From IMG/VR virus record IMGVR_UViG_3300021961_000029: DNA of 58,740 nucleotides; one strand, written 5' to 3'. Shown here piece after piece: positions 39,485 through 51,300 of the stretch. A program made the position numbers and the translations under genes. This stretch comes from an uncultured virus (IMG/VR IMGVR_UViG_3300021961_000029) (Duplodnaviria; Heunggongvirae; Uroviricota; Caudoviricetes). The notes under the pieces are model-generated. The model made no database searches. It saw only the letters and a program-made list of their open reading frames with translations, and was not told where the DNA came from. The stretch's first letter is position 1. Each line of letters opens with the position of its first letter.

Positions 39485-42400
39485 ATGCAGAAACATAGAA
39501 TTTCCACAAATATAGGTAAAGACCAAAAAGTCGTAGTCGAACTTAAAAACGACTTCGATTTATTGGAGATTTTATCTCTTAAGTTTACACAAACCGAAGC
39601 GTATTCGTCAATGTGTGCGGATTACGGTGTTGTCTGCGGTCGAATTTTTGTAAATAACGGTTTTGGTGTACCAAACGCCAGAGTCTCGATTTTTATTCCA
39701 ATATCCGAAGAGGACTCTAACGACCCTGTAATATCGGCTCTTTATCCGTTTACAACAGTTGACGATAGGAATGAGAATGGTTATCGTTATAATTTATTAC
39801 CGAGTAGAAAACAACACGGAGGACATGAACCAACCGGTACGTTTCCTGACCAAAAAGATATTTTAACAAGAGAAGAAGTACTTGAAGTGTATGAAAAATA
39901 TTACAAGTACACCGTTAAAACAAACGATGCTGGTGACTTCATGATTTGGGGTGTACCTGTTGGTATACAAACAATACATGTTGATGTTGATTTATCAGAT
40001 ATTGGTTGTTTTTCATTAAGACCTGATGATTTTATTAGACAAGGACTTGGGGTTGACAAATTCAAAAATACATATTCTTACAAATCATCAAACGATTTAG
40101 ATACTTTACCTCAAATTGTTTCATTCAATCAAACAGTAGAGGTTTATCCTTTTTGGGGTAACGAAGATTTATGTGAGATTGGATTAACCAGAACCGACTT
40201 TGATTTATCAAGTAAGGGTGTTAAGGTTGAACCTAAAGCATATCTATTAGGTTCGATTTATTCAGACAAAGGTAAAAATACACTCAATAAAAATTGTAGA
40301 CCTCGGGGTGAAATGGGTCGAAAATGTGATTTAACAACATTTGATGCAACAATTGAAATAATAAGATTCACACCAAATAAAGATACAAAGGGTAGACCTA
40401 TATTAGAAAGATATGAAATTCAAGAAGACATAGAGGAAGATGGTTCATTCGTGGTTCCATTACCTATGAATATGGATTTTATATTCACAAACGAATTTGG
40501 TGAAAACGAAATCACAAACGACCCAAACAAAGGAATCCCAACTTCCGCGTGTTATCGATTTAGAATATCAGGTAAAAACCAAACTTTAGGTAGAGTTAGA
40601 TATGTTGCTAGTTATTTACTCCCAAATATACGAGAATACAATTCTGATGTTGATGGTTCATACGCCTTCTCATTAGATTGGGATGACTATCCAACTTCGG
40701 CAACAAGTTCTTCGGTTATTTTTAACCAAACTTATGGAAGTTATTTCCCTGAAGATTATTTCTATAGATTCTCATACAATAAGGTATATTCGGTGACTTC
40801 TTATAGAAGTGGTCACTTTTTTATAGGTGAAAAAGATAATTTCTTAGGTATTAAAGATATTGCACCAAAAGCCGAAGAGGATTGTGAATCAAGTGTAGTT
40901 ACACCACCAATTAATTACGCGTGGAGAAAGTTTAGTTTTGCTATTTTATTGGCAATTATAATTAATGTATTTGAAAGGGTAATATACACCGCTTTTGTTG
41001 GTGCAATACAAATCATAATTATACCATTTCAATTCCTGTATGATTTTCGTATTTACATACGAGCATTAGGTGCTACAATTATAAATTGGAGACCATTTAA
41101 TTTTTTCGATAGTGTGGTCATTGAACCTTTACAAGCTTTGGGTACCGTTCATCTTAGTACTGTAGTTTATCCCGAGTGTGAATCGTGTGATGAAATACAA
41201 GTTTTTAATGAAAACCCACCAACCGAAAGTGACCCGTCTTTAATTTATCAAAAAGTTGGTTCGGGTAGAGCGGTTAGGGATAAATTAAGATTTTTAGTAA
41301 ACTGTACAACATATAATTTAAATGTACCAACAACAGGTACAACAACATATAATTGGATTGATTGTACAACAAACACACCACAAAGTGTTTCAATACCATT
41401 TAGTGGTTCCCCAACAAGTGGAATCTGTGCTAGAGATGGTTCAATGGCTTATTCGGGTGGTGATGCTGTTCCGTCAGTAGTTGGAACTTGCGATAGTACG
41501 GTTACTGATGTTTACATTGCAGACCCAATTAGTAATATTGATGAATATATATTAAGTGAATTACCATCTTCAGGTTTGACCCAATACAATTACACGGGAT
41601 ACACCTATGGTCAGTCATTAACAACTATATACAACAATTACCTCTCAGGTAGTGCCACAGGTAGAACTTATTATGTTAAGTTATTGTACTATATCGCCAA
41701 CCCTTACGCACAAAGTTCAGACATAACAACATTGGGGACATTAACCACCGGTACAACCTTTGAGTTAAATCTATCAACATATGTATCTGGTTCAACCACG
41801 GGTTATGTTGCTCAAGATACTGGTTCGTATTTAAGTTGGAGAAACCAATCGATACCAAAAGATTATGTTTGGACAGGTTTTACATATGAAATATACGATA
41901 ACTACTATCCTTTCACGGGCTCATCAATCAGTTCATTTGATAGTAGTGCATTACCAGAAGGGTGTTTATCTCAAAATACAATCTATGATGATAGTGGTAT
42001 AGTACCATTAACCTATTGTGCGTCAGGAGTGACCGCGGATTATAATAATACTTCCCAAGTTATCGCAAATCCCGGAACTAATTGTAACAGTTTAAATTTA
42101 ATGATTGTTGGTCAAGTTGCAGCAAATAACCTATCTAAAAATCCTTGTAAAAATCCACCATGTGATACTAGAAGTGGATTTTCCGAATTTAGATTTGGTG
42201 TTTATACAGTAATACCCGCTGCACATGGTGACAATAGACCCGTGCAATTCAAATTAATTAGAGAATATGCTAGAAGAAAATTAGTCAATAAAGTATTCTG
42301 TGAGGGTATTGCAAATTATTCATTTTTTGATAATTGGTTAGCGGGTTCGTTGTATATGTTCCCATTTAAAGCGAGAGTGAGATGGGATGATGAAGAAAAT

Positions 42401-43618
42401 TTAGATTTGAATGTAAGAGGAACAAATTATTGTGAAAACTTAGTTTACTATAAAGTAAAAGAAAAAACATCCAATGAACCGGTAAAAAGATTTTACTACA
42501 GGTCCACAAAATGGAATGGTTCGATTTTTCAAAAAACATCATCAGGTTCGCAGTTTAGTACTTTAAGACACCCAACAACAATTATGGATTTAGGTCCGAG
42601 AGATGAGTTTATAAAAGAAATATGTGTTGACCCAACTCTAGACCCTAATTGTTCTGTTGTAAGAAATATAGGACCAACTTCATATCAAAACTTTAAAGAA
42701 ATGTTGGGATTGTATATCAATTATAGACTCGACACAAATGCGGAGTTTGGGTATAAAGATTTCTTTTCAAATACGGGGTATACGTCTACATATCCGTTTA
42801 ACACATACAAACAGATTTTAAACGGTGATGTGACACAACTTATTTCAATTAATAACGAAGTTGGTATTGAAGAATTTGATTTACAAAATAGATATTACGG
42901 TCAATACAGTCCAACAATATTAGACCCCGATGATTATCAACAACTATTCAAATCACAATCAGGTTCTGCAAATGGACCGATGCCGATAAATTTTGTTTTT
43001 GATGATGAAGGTTATAGAGTAAGAGTTTGTTTAAATGAACCAGGTAGATTAACAGAATCTTCTCAAATAGTTCCATTCTTTTATTGGGACAAAAAAGGTC
43101 AAGGATTTGGTGAAGGATATGGTCAATCATGGGATTACTCAACAGTGGTTTCTCAAAGATTACAAGGGATGACATATAACTATGCATTCACTGGTGATAC
43201 CACTTATAATTACTTGTTGTTCCCAATGACTAAAGATTATTCGGGTAACACATTTACAATTGCAGGTGCGGATGTTAATGATGGTTCATTTGATGTAGAA
43301 GATACCACGGACGTTCACTTGAACTATAATAATCAAGAAGAAGGTTTTACCGTTTTACATATTACATCAGGAACCACCGCGACTCCATTAGGTGGTACTT
43401 TATGGATTAGAGTAGGTGAATTAGGTGGTTGGGAATCAAAACCTTGGAATTTCGATGTTGATTTTATATTAAAACCAACAGACGTAAACTATACAGGTAC
43501 TAAACAAATTCTTTCCACACCATTCTTATTCTATTTTGGATTAAGACCGGGAGCAACTGCTATTGATAAATTCATAAAATTATTTGGACCGAAAGGTGCA
43601 TTCCCGACTCAAGAATAA
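39485..43618 (+). CDS. Large putative virion protein (N-terminal carboxypeptidase-regulatory-like fold, hydrophobic segment, Cys-rich)
   Basis: 1377 aa; VVCGRIF..NGFGVPNARVSIF...TNDAGDFMIWGVPVG; lies in the baseplate cluster with TATTTAT upstream. Confidence 0.55.
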   Translation: MQKHRISTNIGKDQKVVVELKNDFDLLEILSLKFTQTEAYSSMCADYGVVCGRIFVNNGFGVPNARVSIFIPISEEDSNDPVISALYPFTTVDDRNENGYRYNLLPSRKQHGGHEPTGTFPDQKDILTREEVLEVYEKYYKYTVKTNDAGDFMIWGVPVGIQTIHVDVDLSDIGCFSLRPDDFIRQGLGVDKFKNTYSYKSSNDLDTLPQIVSFNQTVEVYPFWGNEDLCEIGLTRTDFDLSSKGVKVEPKAYLLGSIYSDKGKNTLNKNCRPRGEMGRKCDLTTFDATIEIIRFTPNKDTKGRPILERYEIQEDIEEDGSFVVPLPMNMDFIFTNEFGENEITNDPNKGIPTSACYRFRISGKNQTLGRVRYVASYLLPNIREYNSDVDGSYAFSLDWDDYPTSATSSSVIFNQTYGSYFPEDYFYRFSYNKVYSVTSYRSGHFFIGEKDNFLGIKDIAPKAEEDCESSVVTPPINYAWRKFSFAILLAIIINVFERVIYTAFVGAIQIIIIPFQFLYDFRIYIRALGATIINWRPFNFFDSVVIEPLQALGTVHLSTVVYPECESCDEIQVFNENPPTESDPSLIYQKVGSGRAVRDKLRFLVNCTTYNLNVPTTGTTTYNWIDCTTNTPQSVSIPFSGSPTSGICARDGSMAYSGGDAVPSVVGTCDSTVTDVYIADPISNIDEYILSELPSSGLTQYNYTGYTYGQSLTTIYNNYLSGSATGRTYYVKLLYYIANPYAQSSDITTLGTLTTGTTFELNLSTYVSGSTTGYVAQDTGSYLSWRNQSIPKDYVWTGFTYEIYDNYYPFTGSSISSFDSSALPEGCLSQNTIYDDSGIVPLTYCASGVTADYNNTSQVIANPGTNCNSLNLMIVGQVAANNLSKNPCKNPPCDTRSGFSEFRFGVYTVIPAAHGDNRPVQFKLIREYARRKLVNKVFCEGIANYSFFDNWLAGSLYMFPFKARVRWDDEENLDLNVRGTNYCENLVYYKVKEKTSNEPVKRFYYRSTKWNGSIFQKTSSGSQFSTLRHPTTIMDLGPRDEFIKEICVDPTLDPNCSVVRNIGPTSYQNFKEMLGLYINYRLDTNAEFGYKDFFSNTGYTSTYPFNTYKQILNGDVTQLISINNEVGIEEFDLQNRYYGQYSPTILDPDDYQQLFKSQSGSANGPMPINFVFDDEGYRVRVCLNEPGRLTESSQIVPFFYWDKKGQGFGEGYGQSWDYSTVVSQRLQGMTYNYAFTGDTTYNYLLFPMTKDYSGNTFTIAGADVNDGSFDVEDTTDVHLNYNNQEEGFTVLHITSGTTATPLGGTLWIRVGELGGWESKPWNFDVDFILKPTDVNYTGTKQILSTPFLFYFGLRPGATAIDKFIKLFGPKGAFPTQE

Positions 43619-45378
43619 TGGATAAAAAAAGAATCATATTACCATCTAAAAAGTTTTTTGGCTCAATTAATGAAGACCAAACGATTCGAGTTGGATTAGA
43701 GGAAACCGAAAATCTTTTAAGAGAAGGTGATAGAACGATAATCTTAAATAATGCCGAATTATTCAATAAAGAAAGGAACGAGAGCACCAATTATAAGATA
43801 CATGGTAAATTAAAAATGGTCTTTAGGAATCTTTATAGTGGGTCATCTGAATATAACCCACTTTTAAAGAGACTTTATTTAGTTGGAGATGGTAGTAATA
43901 ATAATTTTGATGGGTTTTTACCTTATCAAGAATTTGCGTTCCTAAGAAAAGATGTATTCAGACAAGTGAACACCATACAAACGGTATCATCTTTAACAAC
44001 ATACACACCCGTTATAACTTATTCTGGTGAAACTGAACATGTCACGATAACAAGTATAGATGCTCCTTACCACAATTGGAATGTTTATTTATCCTATGTG
44101 TATGGTCAGGACAGTACCTATCCAATGAAATATACTTTAAGTGGTGGGACTTCATTTAGTTTTACTGCTGGTGACGGTATACCATTTAGAGTCGAAAGTT
44201 TACCTAATTCTTATAAATTTACTAGTCCCGTTGAACATGGAATGTCATCAGGTGAATTCATTACACTTAGTGGTGGAAGTTTCAACAATACCGTAAATGT
44301 TACAGGTAGAACATTTAGTATTATAAGTGTTGGGGATTCAATATATGATTCTGAAAAATATGTTTTAGAAATATCAAAATCCGAATTACCATCGGGAACA
44401 ACACTATCGACTGTTGTTTTTGGTAAAAGATGTCTTGATAGGAATAACATCACAGGTTCAACATCGAGTTACTACGTTCATAAACATAAAACACTTACAG
44501 AAAGAGAAGATTATATCTTAGATAAGATTGGATTTGAATCATCAATTTGGGAAAACGAAAGAAAATTATTGTTAGAAAATAGTGCCGGAGTTTCAGACGT
44601 TTTAGTTGAGAGGAACATGATGGAATCTTTAATTTATGATTTTAAAGAACCATTTATTTTAACAGGATTAACAAACAATTTAGGTTACCTACCAACAGAT
44701 TTGTATGTAACAGTCATATTAGCTAACAGAAATGGATATTTTCAATACCCACCAAAAGTTGGGTGGAAATTTAATTTTCACAATACTTGGGTTGATAAAC
44801 ATTTTAATGGAACGGGTTCAACTGAAACATCCATAACAACTAGTGGATTTAGTAGAACAATTAGTGCCACAACATACAATTTTGTATCAGGAACAGACTT
44901 ACCATTGAACACTGTTTTACACGGGGCGTTTGTTGAGTATAATCGTACAGAATTACAAGAGAGAATAATAAGTGAGGCATATCATAGATTTTCAAACCCA
45001 CTTTTTGTTTTTGATTATGGACAAACAGGTACAACAAGTACTTTTTCGGGTGGTTCAATTACAAACATGTATGGGTTGTTTTATCAACCACACCACAGAG
45101 TAAAATTAAGACAACTTTCCCCTTATATAGAAACATCCAAAACAAACCAAGTTTATGGATTACCACAGAATGCGAAATATATGGAAGACGAAGCTCTTTG
45201 GAAATGGAGAGATTTATATGACCATGGATTTATAGACCCAGAGGGTTTTGGGACAAACTATCCATTCATAAACAATATTCATTATGTAAAAAGTGACATC
45301 AATTTCTATTTACGAAATGAAAACATTTACACAAATAAACAAGACGCGGTTAAAAATGTAAATAAGTTTAAATGTTAA
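43618..45378 (+). CDS. Putative virion structural protein
   Basis: 586 aa, stop/start-coupled (TAATG) to the upstream gene; aromatic and Thr-rich. Confidence 0.6.
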   Translation: MDKKRIILPSKKFFGSINEDQTIRVGLEETENLLREGDRTIILNNAELFNKERNESTNYKIHGKLKMVFRNLYSGSSEYNPLLKRLYLVGDGSNNNFDGFLPYQEFAFLRKDVFRQVNTIQTVSSLTTYTPVITYSGETEHVTITSIDAPYHNWNVYLSYVYGQDSTYPMKYTLSGGTSFSFTAGDGIPFRVESLPNSYKFTSPVEHGMSSGEFITLSGGSFNNTVNVTGRTFSIISVGDSIYDSEKYVLEISKSELPSGTTLSTVVFGKRCLDRNNITGSTSSYYVHKHKTLTEREDYILDKIGFESSIWENERKLLLENSAGVSDVLVERNMMESLIYDFKEPFILTGLTNNLGYLPTDLYVTVILANRNGYFQYPPKVGWKFNFHNTWVDKHFNGTGSTETSITTSGFSRTISATTYNFVSGTDLPLNTVLHGAFVEYNRTELQERIISEAYHRFSNPLFVFDYGQTGTTSTFSGGSITNMYGLFYQPHHRVKLRQLSPYIETSKTNQVYGLPQNAKYMEDEALWKWRDLYDHGFIDPEGFGTNYPFINNIHYVKSDINFYLRNENIYTNKQDAVKNVNKFKC

Positions 45379-45379
45379 T

Positions 45380-46210
45380 ATGAAAATTCTTGCTAAAAAT
45401 AACGACCAATCCATTTTAATTTCTTCAAATCAGATGTTTAAAACTGATTTAGGATGGACAGATAATGCCCAAGAAATGGAGCAAGAAATTCTTTATGAAA
45501 TAATCAACCCAACAGAAAATTACGAGACCGTAAGATATATACATTCCTCGTATGAACAAATGCCACCCTATGGTACTCCATATCAACAAACTGATATATG
45601 GTATAACTTTTATTTTTTAAACAGTCTTGGTAACTACTCTCAAAATTATGAAGATGTATCAATTACCATGGAAGAAAATTCAAAAATGTTAAAACAATCA
45701 ACAGAAAGTTTTTTCAGATTAGAATTTTATAAAACAAACAATGACCAATCACCAAACCAAACAAACAGAAGGTTAGTTTTTGCGAAAAATTTATCACTAC
45801 CCTTAGGTGAAAGAATATATTATACAGGTACTCCATCAGGTGCAACACTACCATTAAATGATTTTATCTACGTACCAGTTTTTACTGGTTCAAATTATAG
45901 AAATACAGAAAATATGTACTTTTTTTGGTTTGCTGATGATTCACCATTTAGTGAAACCAATATCACAGGTAACACATTCTATATGACCGCCAAATATTAC
46001 AATGCGAAAGACGGTAGTGTTATAGATTTTGTTAATAAATCAAAAACGGTAAACGCGACGACACCTTACGTTGAAGAAGAAGATGTTTATTATAAAGTAA
46101 TTATAGATAGGACGGATTATTCTTATATCGTTTACGCATATAATGGTTCATTAGGTACGAGAAAAGGAACCACATCCGCACCAATAAATTTTTATGAGAG
46201 AAAACAATAA
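45380..46210 (+). CDS. Putative virion structural protein
   Basis: 276 aa, tightly packed in the same operon. Confidence 0.6.
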   Translation: MKILAKNNDQSILISSNQMFKTDLGWTDNAQEMEQEILYEIINPTENYETVRYIHSSYEQMPPYGTPYQQTDIWYNFYFLNSLGNYSQNYEDVSITMEENSKMLKQSTESFFRLEFYKTNNDQSPNQTNRRLVFAKNLSLPLGERIYYTGTPSGATLPLNDFIYVPVFTGSNYRNTENMYFFWFADDSPFSETNITGNTFYMTAKYYNAKDGSVIDFVNKSKTVNATTPYVEEEDVYYKVIIDRTDYSYIVYAYNGSLGTRKGTTSAPINFYERKQ

Positions 46211-47376
46211 TGGATATTAAATCACCCACAAAATACGAGATACTTAGGAAGAATATTCCTAATGTTAAATTGTATTCAAACGATGGACCGTATTGGTACA
46301 ATAGTTTGGGTAGTTTAATATCATGGTCAGAATCACAGTATTTAGACCCATTAGATGGATTTGTTGTTTATAACGTAACCGGCGGAACAGTCTCTTCGGG
46401 GTACTATGTTTGGACAGGTAATAGTATTGCAACAACTTCTTACGGTGATGAGGGATGTGATTTAAGCCTTGAATTGTACGCTTGGGAAAACATCACCAAA
46501 GGTGAGGCATATGGTGAACATATGTTACCAATATTCTTGGAAACTCACATTGATGAAATGGGTGTTATGGTTGGATTTGACGGTAACTTAGAACAAGTTG
46601 AACAGATATGTAATTTTTCTTATACACAAACAGGTAACACAGTTCAAGTTTACAATACCGTGGACACAACTAAAGTTTCCGAAATACACTTTATTGACTT
46701 TACTGTGGATTGGGGTGATGGCACAACAAGTATTTTATCAACAACAGGTATCACCGCGTCAAAAACTTACTCATCAACAGGTGAGACGACGATATCAATA
46801 TCAATCAACACTCCTTGGAGTCAGTTTGAAACAAAGAAAAAGGTACAAGTACCATCCAACACCACTGTAAGTAATCCACTTGGAACTTTCTCAGGATTCA
46901 CAATACCTTATACAAATATTACAGGTCAAACACAAAATTATCTAAATGATTTGGATTACTCAGGTTTGAATACAGGTTACACCACATTTACATATGCTGC
47001 TATAGGTAAGAGTAAAATCAGTGAATTAAAATTATATGGTACAAACACCTACTCAGGTGTCACCACTGGTGTCACAAACGGTGTTTCGTACAGTGCCTAC
47101 ACCATTGACAATTTATATTATCAAGATTTTGCGGATGGAATTACAACAATTACAGGTACAACTTCAGGTTTCACTAAAGAAGAGGTGATAAATAAAGTTA
47201 TTACAAGGAACGAACATTTCTTAGGATTCATTGACGAACCGGTAATTTATTCGGATATTTTCGTAGAGAGAGGTAAACAAGGAGTTATGGAAAAAACATT
47301 ACGATTATCCGAAATTGATAACACAGGAGAATTATCAATTTACGGAAATGGATATTTTAATATTAGAAAACAATAA
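46210..47376 (+). CDS. Putative virion protein with PKD-like domain
   Basis: FTVDWGDGT...KTYSSTG PKD-like motif. Confidence 0.6.
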   Translation: MDIKSPTKYEILRKNIPNVKLYSNDGPYWYNSLGSLISWSESQYLDPLDGFVVYNVTGGTVSSGYYVWTGNSIATTSYGDEGCDLSLELYAWENITKGEAYGEHMLPIFLETHIDEMGVMVGFDGNLEQVEQICNFSYTQTGNTVQVYNTVDTTKVSEIHFIDFTVDWGDGTTSILSTTGITASKTYSSTGETTISISINTPWSQFETKKKVQVPSNTTVSNPLGTFSGFTIPYTNITGQTQNYLNDLDYSGLNTGYTTFTYAAIGKSKISELKLYGTNTYSGVTTGVTNGVSYSAYTIDNLYYQDFADGITTITGTTSGFTKEEVINKVITRNEHFLGFIDEPVIYSDIFVERGKQGVMEKTLRLSEIDNTGELSIYGNGYFNIRKQ

Positions 47377-47400
47377 ATTTTATATTTATTATTAAAAAAC

Positions 47401-48318
47401 ATGGCAGTAGGTAGTTACGGTATAATTAGACCATCAGATGTATCGCCGGAAGATGTTGAAATTTATTTTCACTATGTTTCGGATAGAAATAGCACGTCAA
47501 CTGTTACACTTAAAAAATTAAGTTCAGTTGAGGTATTAACACCCGTGTATCATAATTCAGATACTACGGAAGACACCTCAGCACCAAATGTCGAAATTTT
47601 AGGTGGGTTGTATAATTTAAAACTAACCGCAGATGATTTTGCTGATTTAGGTGTTTATACTTTACACATTCGACCAAAACAGATAAGAACAAGTATTACT
47701 GATTGTGGAATTTTAGCATCATTACCCTCAGTTAGAGGTTTGGTTATCGATTTATCAAACGTCCCTGCTGACGATAGAAACAAATTTACACCACAAGGAT
47801 TAGTCGGATATAGAATAGAATACATCAATTCTTCTGACAATAAAAAAATACCAAATTTTTATAGAATTGTTACATCATCTTTCTACTGTACACCAATCGT
47901 TTCAAATTTAACAAGTACGTCACAAAAAGCGATTAGATATCAATATAGTGAACAAGCAACGAATTTAATGTTCCTAACGGTAACACCATCTTCAGCCCCC
48001 ACTAACAAGCCAAATACAGTACCATTTATTGGTGTACCATCACAAAAAATCATTTTAACAAACACATATTTAAATCCAACCACGATAGAGATTGAAATGG
48101 TTGAACACGACGCTTCAACACTGGCACACGCTCTGTATGGTAATCAAAGTAAGGCGGTTTCACAAGGTATCTATACCATTTATGACAACAACAATAATAT
48201 CTATAGACAATACAATCTTTACGAAGTTAAAGACGAATTTAATGAGACATTATATGAGATTCGTGAAGAAAGAAATGATGTAGATGAAACCTTAAACTTT
48301 GATACTATAACAGAATAA
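47401..48318 (+). CDS. Putative virion structural protein
   Basis: 305 aa with TATTTAT at 47383-47389. Confidence 0.6.
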   Translation: MAVGSYGIIRPSDVSPEDVEIYFHYVSDRNSTSTVTLKKLSSVEVLTPVYHNSDTTEDTSAPNVEILGGLYNLKLTADDFADLGVYTLHIRPKQIRTSITDCGILASLPSVRGLVIDLSNVPADDRNKFTPQGLVGYRIEYINSSDNKKIPNFYRIVTSSFYCTPIVSNLTSTSQKAIRYQYSEQATNLMFLTVTPSSAPTNKPNTVPFIGVPSQKIILTNTYLNPTTIEIEMVEHDASTLAHALYGNQSKAVSQGIYTIYDNNNNIYRQYNLYEVKDEFNETLYEIREERNDVDETLNFDTITE

Positions 48319-51300
48319 TGGCAAAAAGGAAAGTACCAAGTCAAGCGTCAAGCGGGGCGGAAACATTTAGTGATTTCTTAGTTGGTAGACAGATAACCGA
48401 TGGGTCGTCCGCTCTAACCAACACCGTATTTGCGCTCGACAAGTCTATTCCTGACAAAGATTCTAAGAATTTTACATCTAATCCATTTTCTCAATTTTTA
48501 ACTTTAGATACTTTAAAAGAGGTTGAGGGCATACAAACAACATCCCCAACTCCAAGAAAAAAAAGAACGGATGAGGTAAGATTTAAGGGAAATAAAAAAT
48601 ATGCTGATAAATCATTATTTGGTTCTTTAAGAAGTAGAATCTTAGTTTCATTAACTAAAATTATTAATAAATTCCCCGGTGCTATTTCCATATTGGCAGA
48701 TAGTCCAATAGGTGTATCGAATTTTAGTGCGAGTGGAATTACATATAACGATAGTACCAATACCACAACTTTTTATATTGAGAGAAGTAAAATCTTTAAT
48801 CCATTTGAATTAGTTTTTGTTGAACCGAATTCGGTAATTAAACCAGAGACCGAAAATGAATTAAGAAATTTTTACTCTTCTTACACAAAATATGTTGTTG
48901 TTACAGACAACACACCATACCCTATTTTAGAATACACCGAACCAAACACGGATAATAAAATTTTATTAAGGGTATATGGTAAACCGTTCACGGGTTCAAC
49001 TTATTCAAGTAATCTTTTAATAAGACCCAATGACGGTTTAGTGGAAGAATTCTTCCAAGGTTTAGATGATTTAGAGGAATCTCTTTTAAATAGAGATACA
49101 AATCCAATTTACACCTCAACATTTAAAGTTCCAAGAGACACCCAAGACAATACAAAAACGTCCTTGGTTGATGTTGTTTTAACTTGGCCGATTTCAAGTG
49201 ATGGTTATAATATACAAATCACAGGATTTGATTATGACATCTATGTGAACCACTTAAAAGATATTGCGGATGAAATAGATGGTTATAAATCTAATTTAAT
49301 GGTTAGATTTTTGGCAGCACCTCAGTTATTTGAATTTGACACCGAGGACAAAAGAGCCGAAAGTGTTTTCCAATTATATGGACAAAGTTTTGATAGTGTA
49401 AAAAAATATATTGACAACATAGCTTACATGAGAAATGTTAGTTATGACGGCATCAATAATTTACCAGATGTACTTTTAAAGAATTTAGCAGAGAATTTAG
49501 GATTATCAACACTAAATTTATTTGACGAAAATAGTTTGAATGATGTTCTATATTCAAGATTAGATTCAAATTACAACGGAGTATCTACAGGTACAAATTT
49601 AGTTGAAGCCGAATATGAATTTTATAGAAGATTATTAATAAACTTAGCTCACATTTATAAATCAAAAGGTACTAGGTCTTCTATTGATTTCTTTTTAAAA
49701 TTCTTAGGAGCGCCCGAACCTTTAATTAGAATTGATGAATACGTTTATAAAGTAACATCAATCCCTGCTAGTTTTGATTTACAACAAGACATATATGACG
49801 CGATTCAAGGTAACAAAACGTATTCATACGCAACTTTTGATACAACAGGTTACACATATACCAATGTTACATACTCCGCGTCAACAACTTTTGATAGAGA
49901 TGGTTACCCTGTTGATGAATTAACAGGTTTACCAAGAAGAGCGTTTAATGCAACCGAAGGAATATTTTTTGAAAAAGGTTCTGGTTGGTACGATATCACT
50001 TTATCACATCGTTCTCCCCTTGTTTTGGATTCTGAAAATTCAACATTAACGGGAACAACAAAATCAATTAAAACAAAAAACAAGGGTTACACATATGGTG
50101 AAGATTATTTTAATCTGTACCGAACACTACCTGGATTAGATACAGGATATGAGTTAGTTCCCGATATTGATAATGGTAACGGTAAACCGATTGAGGATGA
50201 TTATCTATTAATCTTAAATAGAAAAAATATTGGTATATACATATCACCAGCAAGAGGTATTGACTACGATATCTATAGACAAAGTAGGGAATTATTAATA
50301 AGTTTCGGTTCAAATACTTTATTACCACAAACAGGTAAAACATTTGCGGAATTTTTAGACACATTTATCCATGGTCTTGTAACAAATTCAAATAAAATTC
50401 GATACAAAAAGAATTACATACAATTAGAAGATGTTTTTCAAGATTATATCTCACAAACCACAGGTTTTACCCCTTATAATCAAATAAATGTTATTGAATT
50501 TGTAAACAAATTATCACCTTATTGGCCACAATTAGTTGAACAATTAGTACCATCAACGACTTTATGGACAGGTGGTAATTTAATTGAAAATAATATATTC
50601 GGTAGACCAAAATATCAATATAGATACGATTGTCAACCATTAGAATTTATTGAAGAACTTTATCCTGACTTTGAAACTATTATTGAAGAGGATTTAGAAA
50701 ATATTTTAGGTGAAGAAAATAATTTTAGAGGGCTAATAAACTTAACTGGAGTAACCTACTACCCTATTATTGAAATAGATGGGACAATTTACGGCGGTGC
50801 AGACTACACTGGATTAACATCTTCAATGTATGTAATCTTAAGTGGAACAAGTAACACCTCTAACAGTGCTAAATTATTCGACCCACAACCATTTACAGGT
50901 TGTACAAGTGGTGTAACAAGTGGAGACACAGTTAATTTATCTCTAATTTGTGATTACAAAACCTATCTTGAACCTAATGTTACTCAAATCAAAAGTTTAT
51001 GGTTAAACGCATTATCTGAATTAATATCAGACATCACTATAACAAGAAATAGTGCTGGTTATGTACCATATTCTGCGTTTACGGGAACCACAGGACAAAC
51101 TTATTTTTCTGAGACAATACCTTTAATAAAATACCAAACATTTATTGACGAAAATGACGTTGAAAAGGTTAAATTTTCATCTGTAAAATTAGGTCCAAAT
51201 GAATGTTCCGTTACTGATTATTTTGATTATCGATTTGAAGCCGATTATAACGTAACTAAAAACACAAACGGTATCAGTGTTAAAGTTTACACCGATAATG

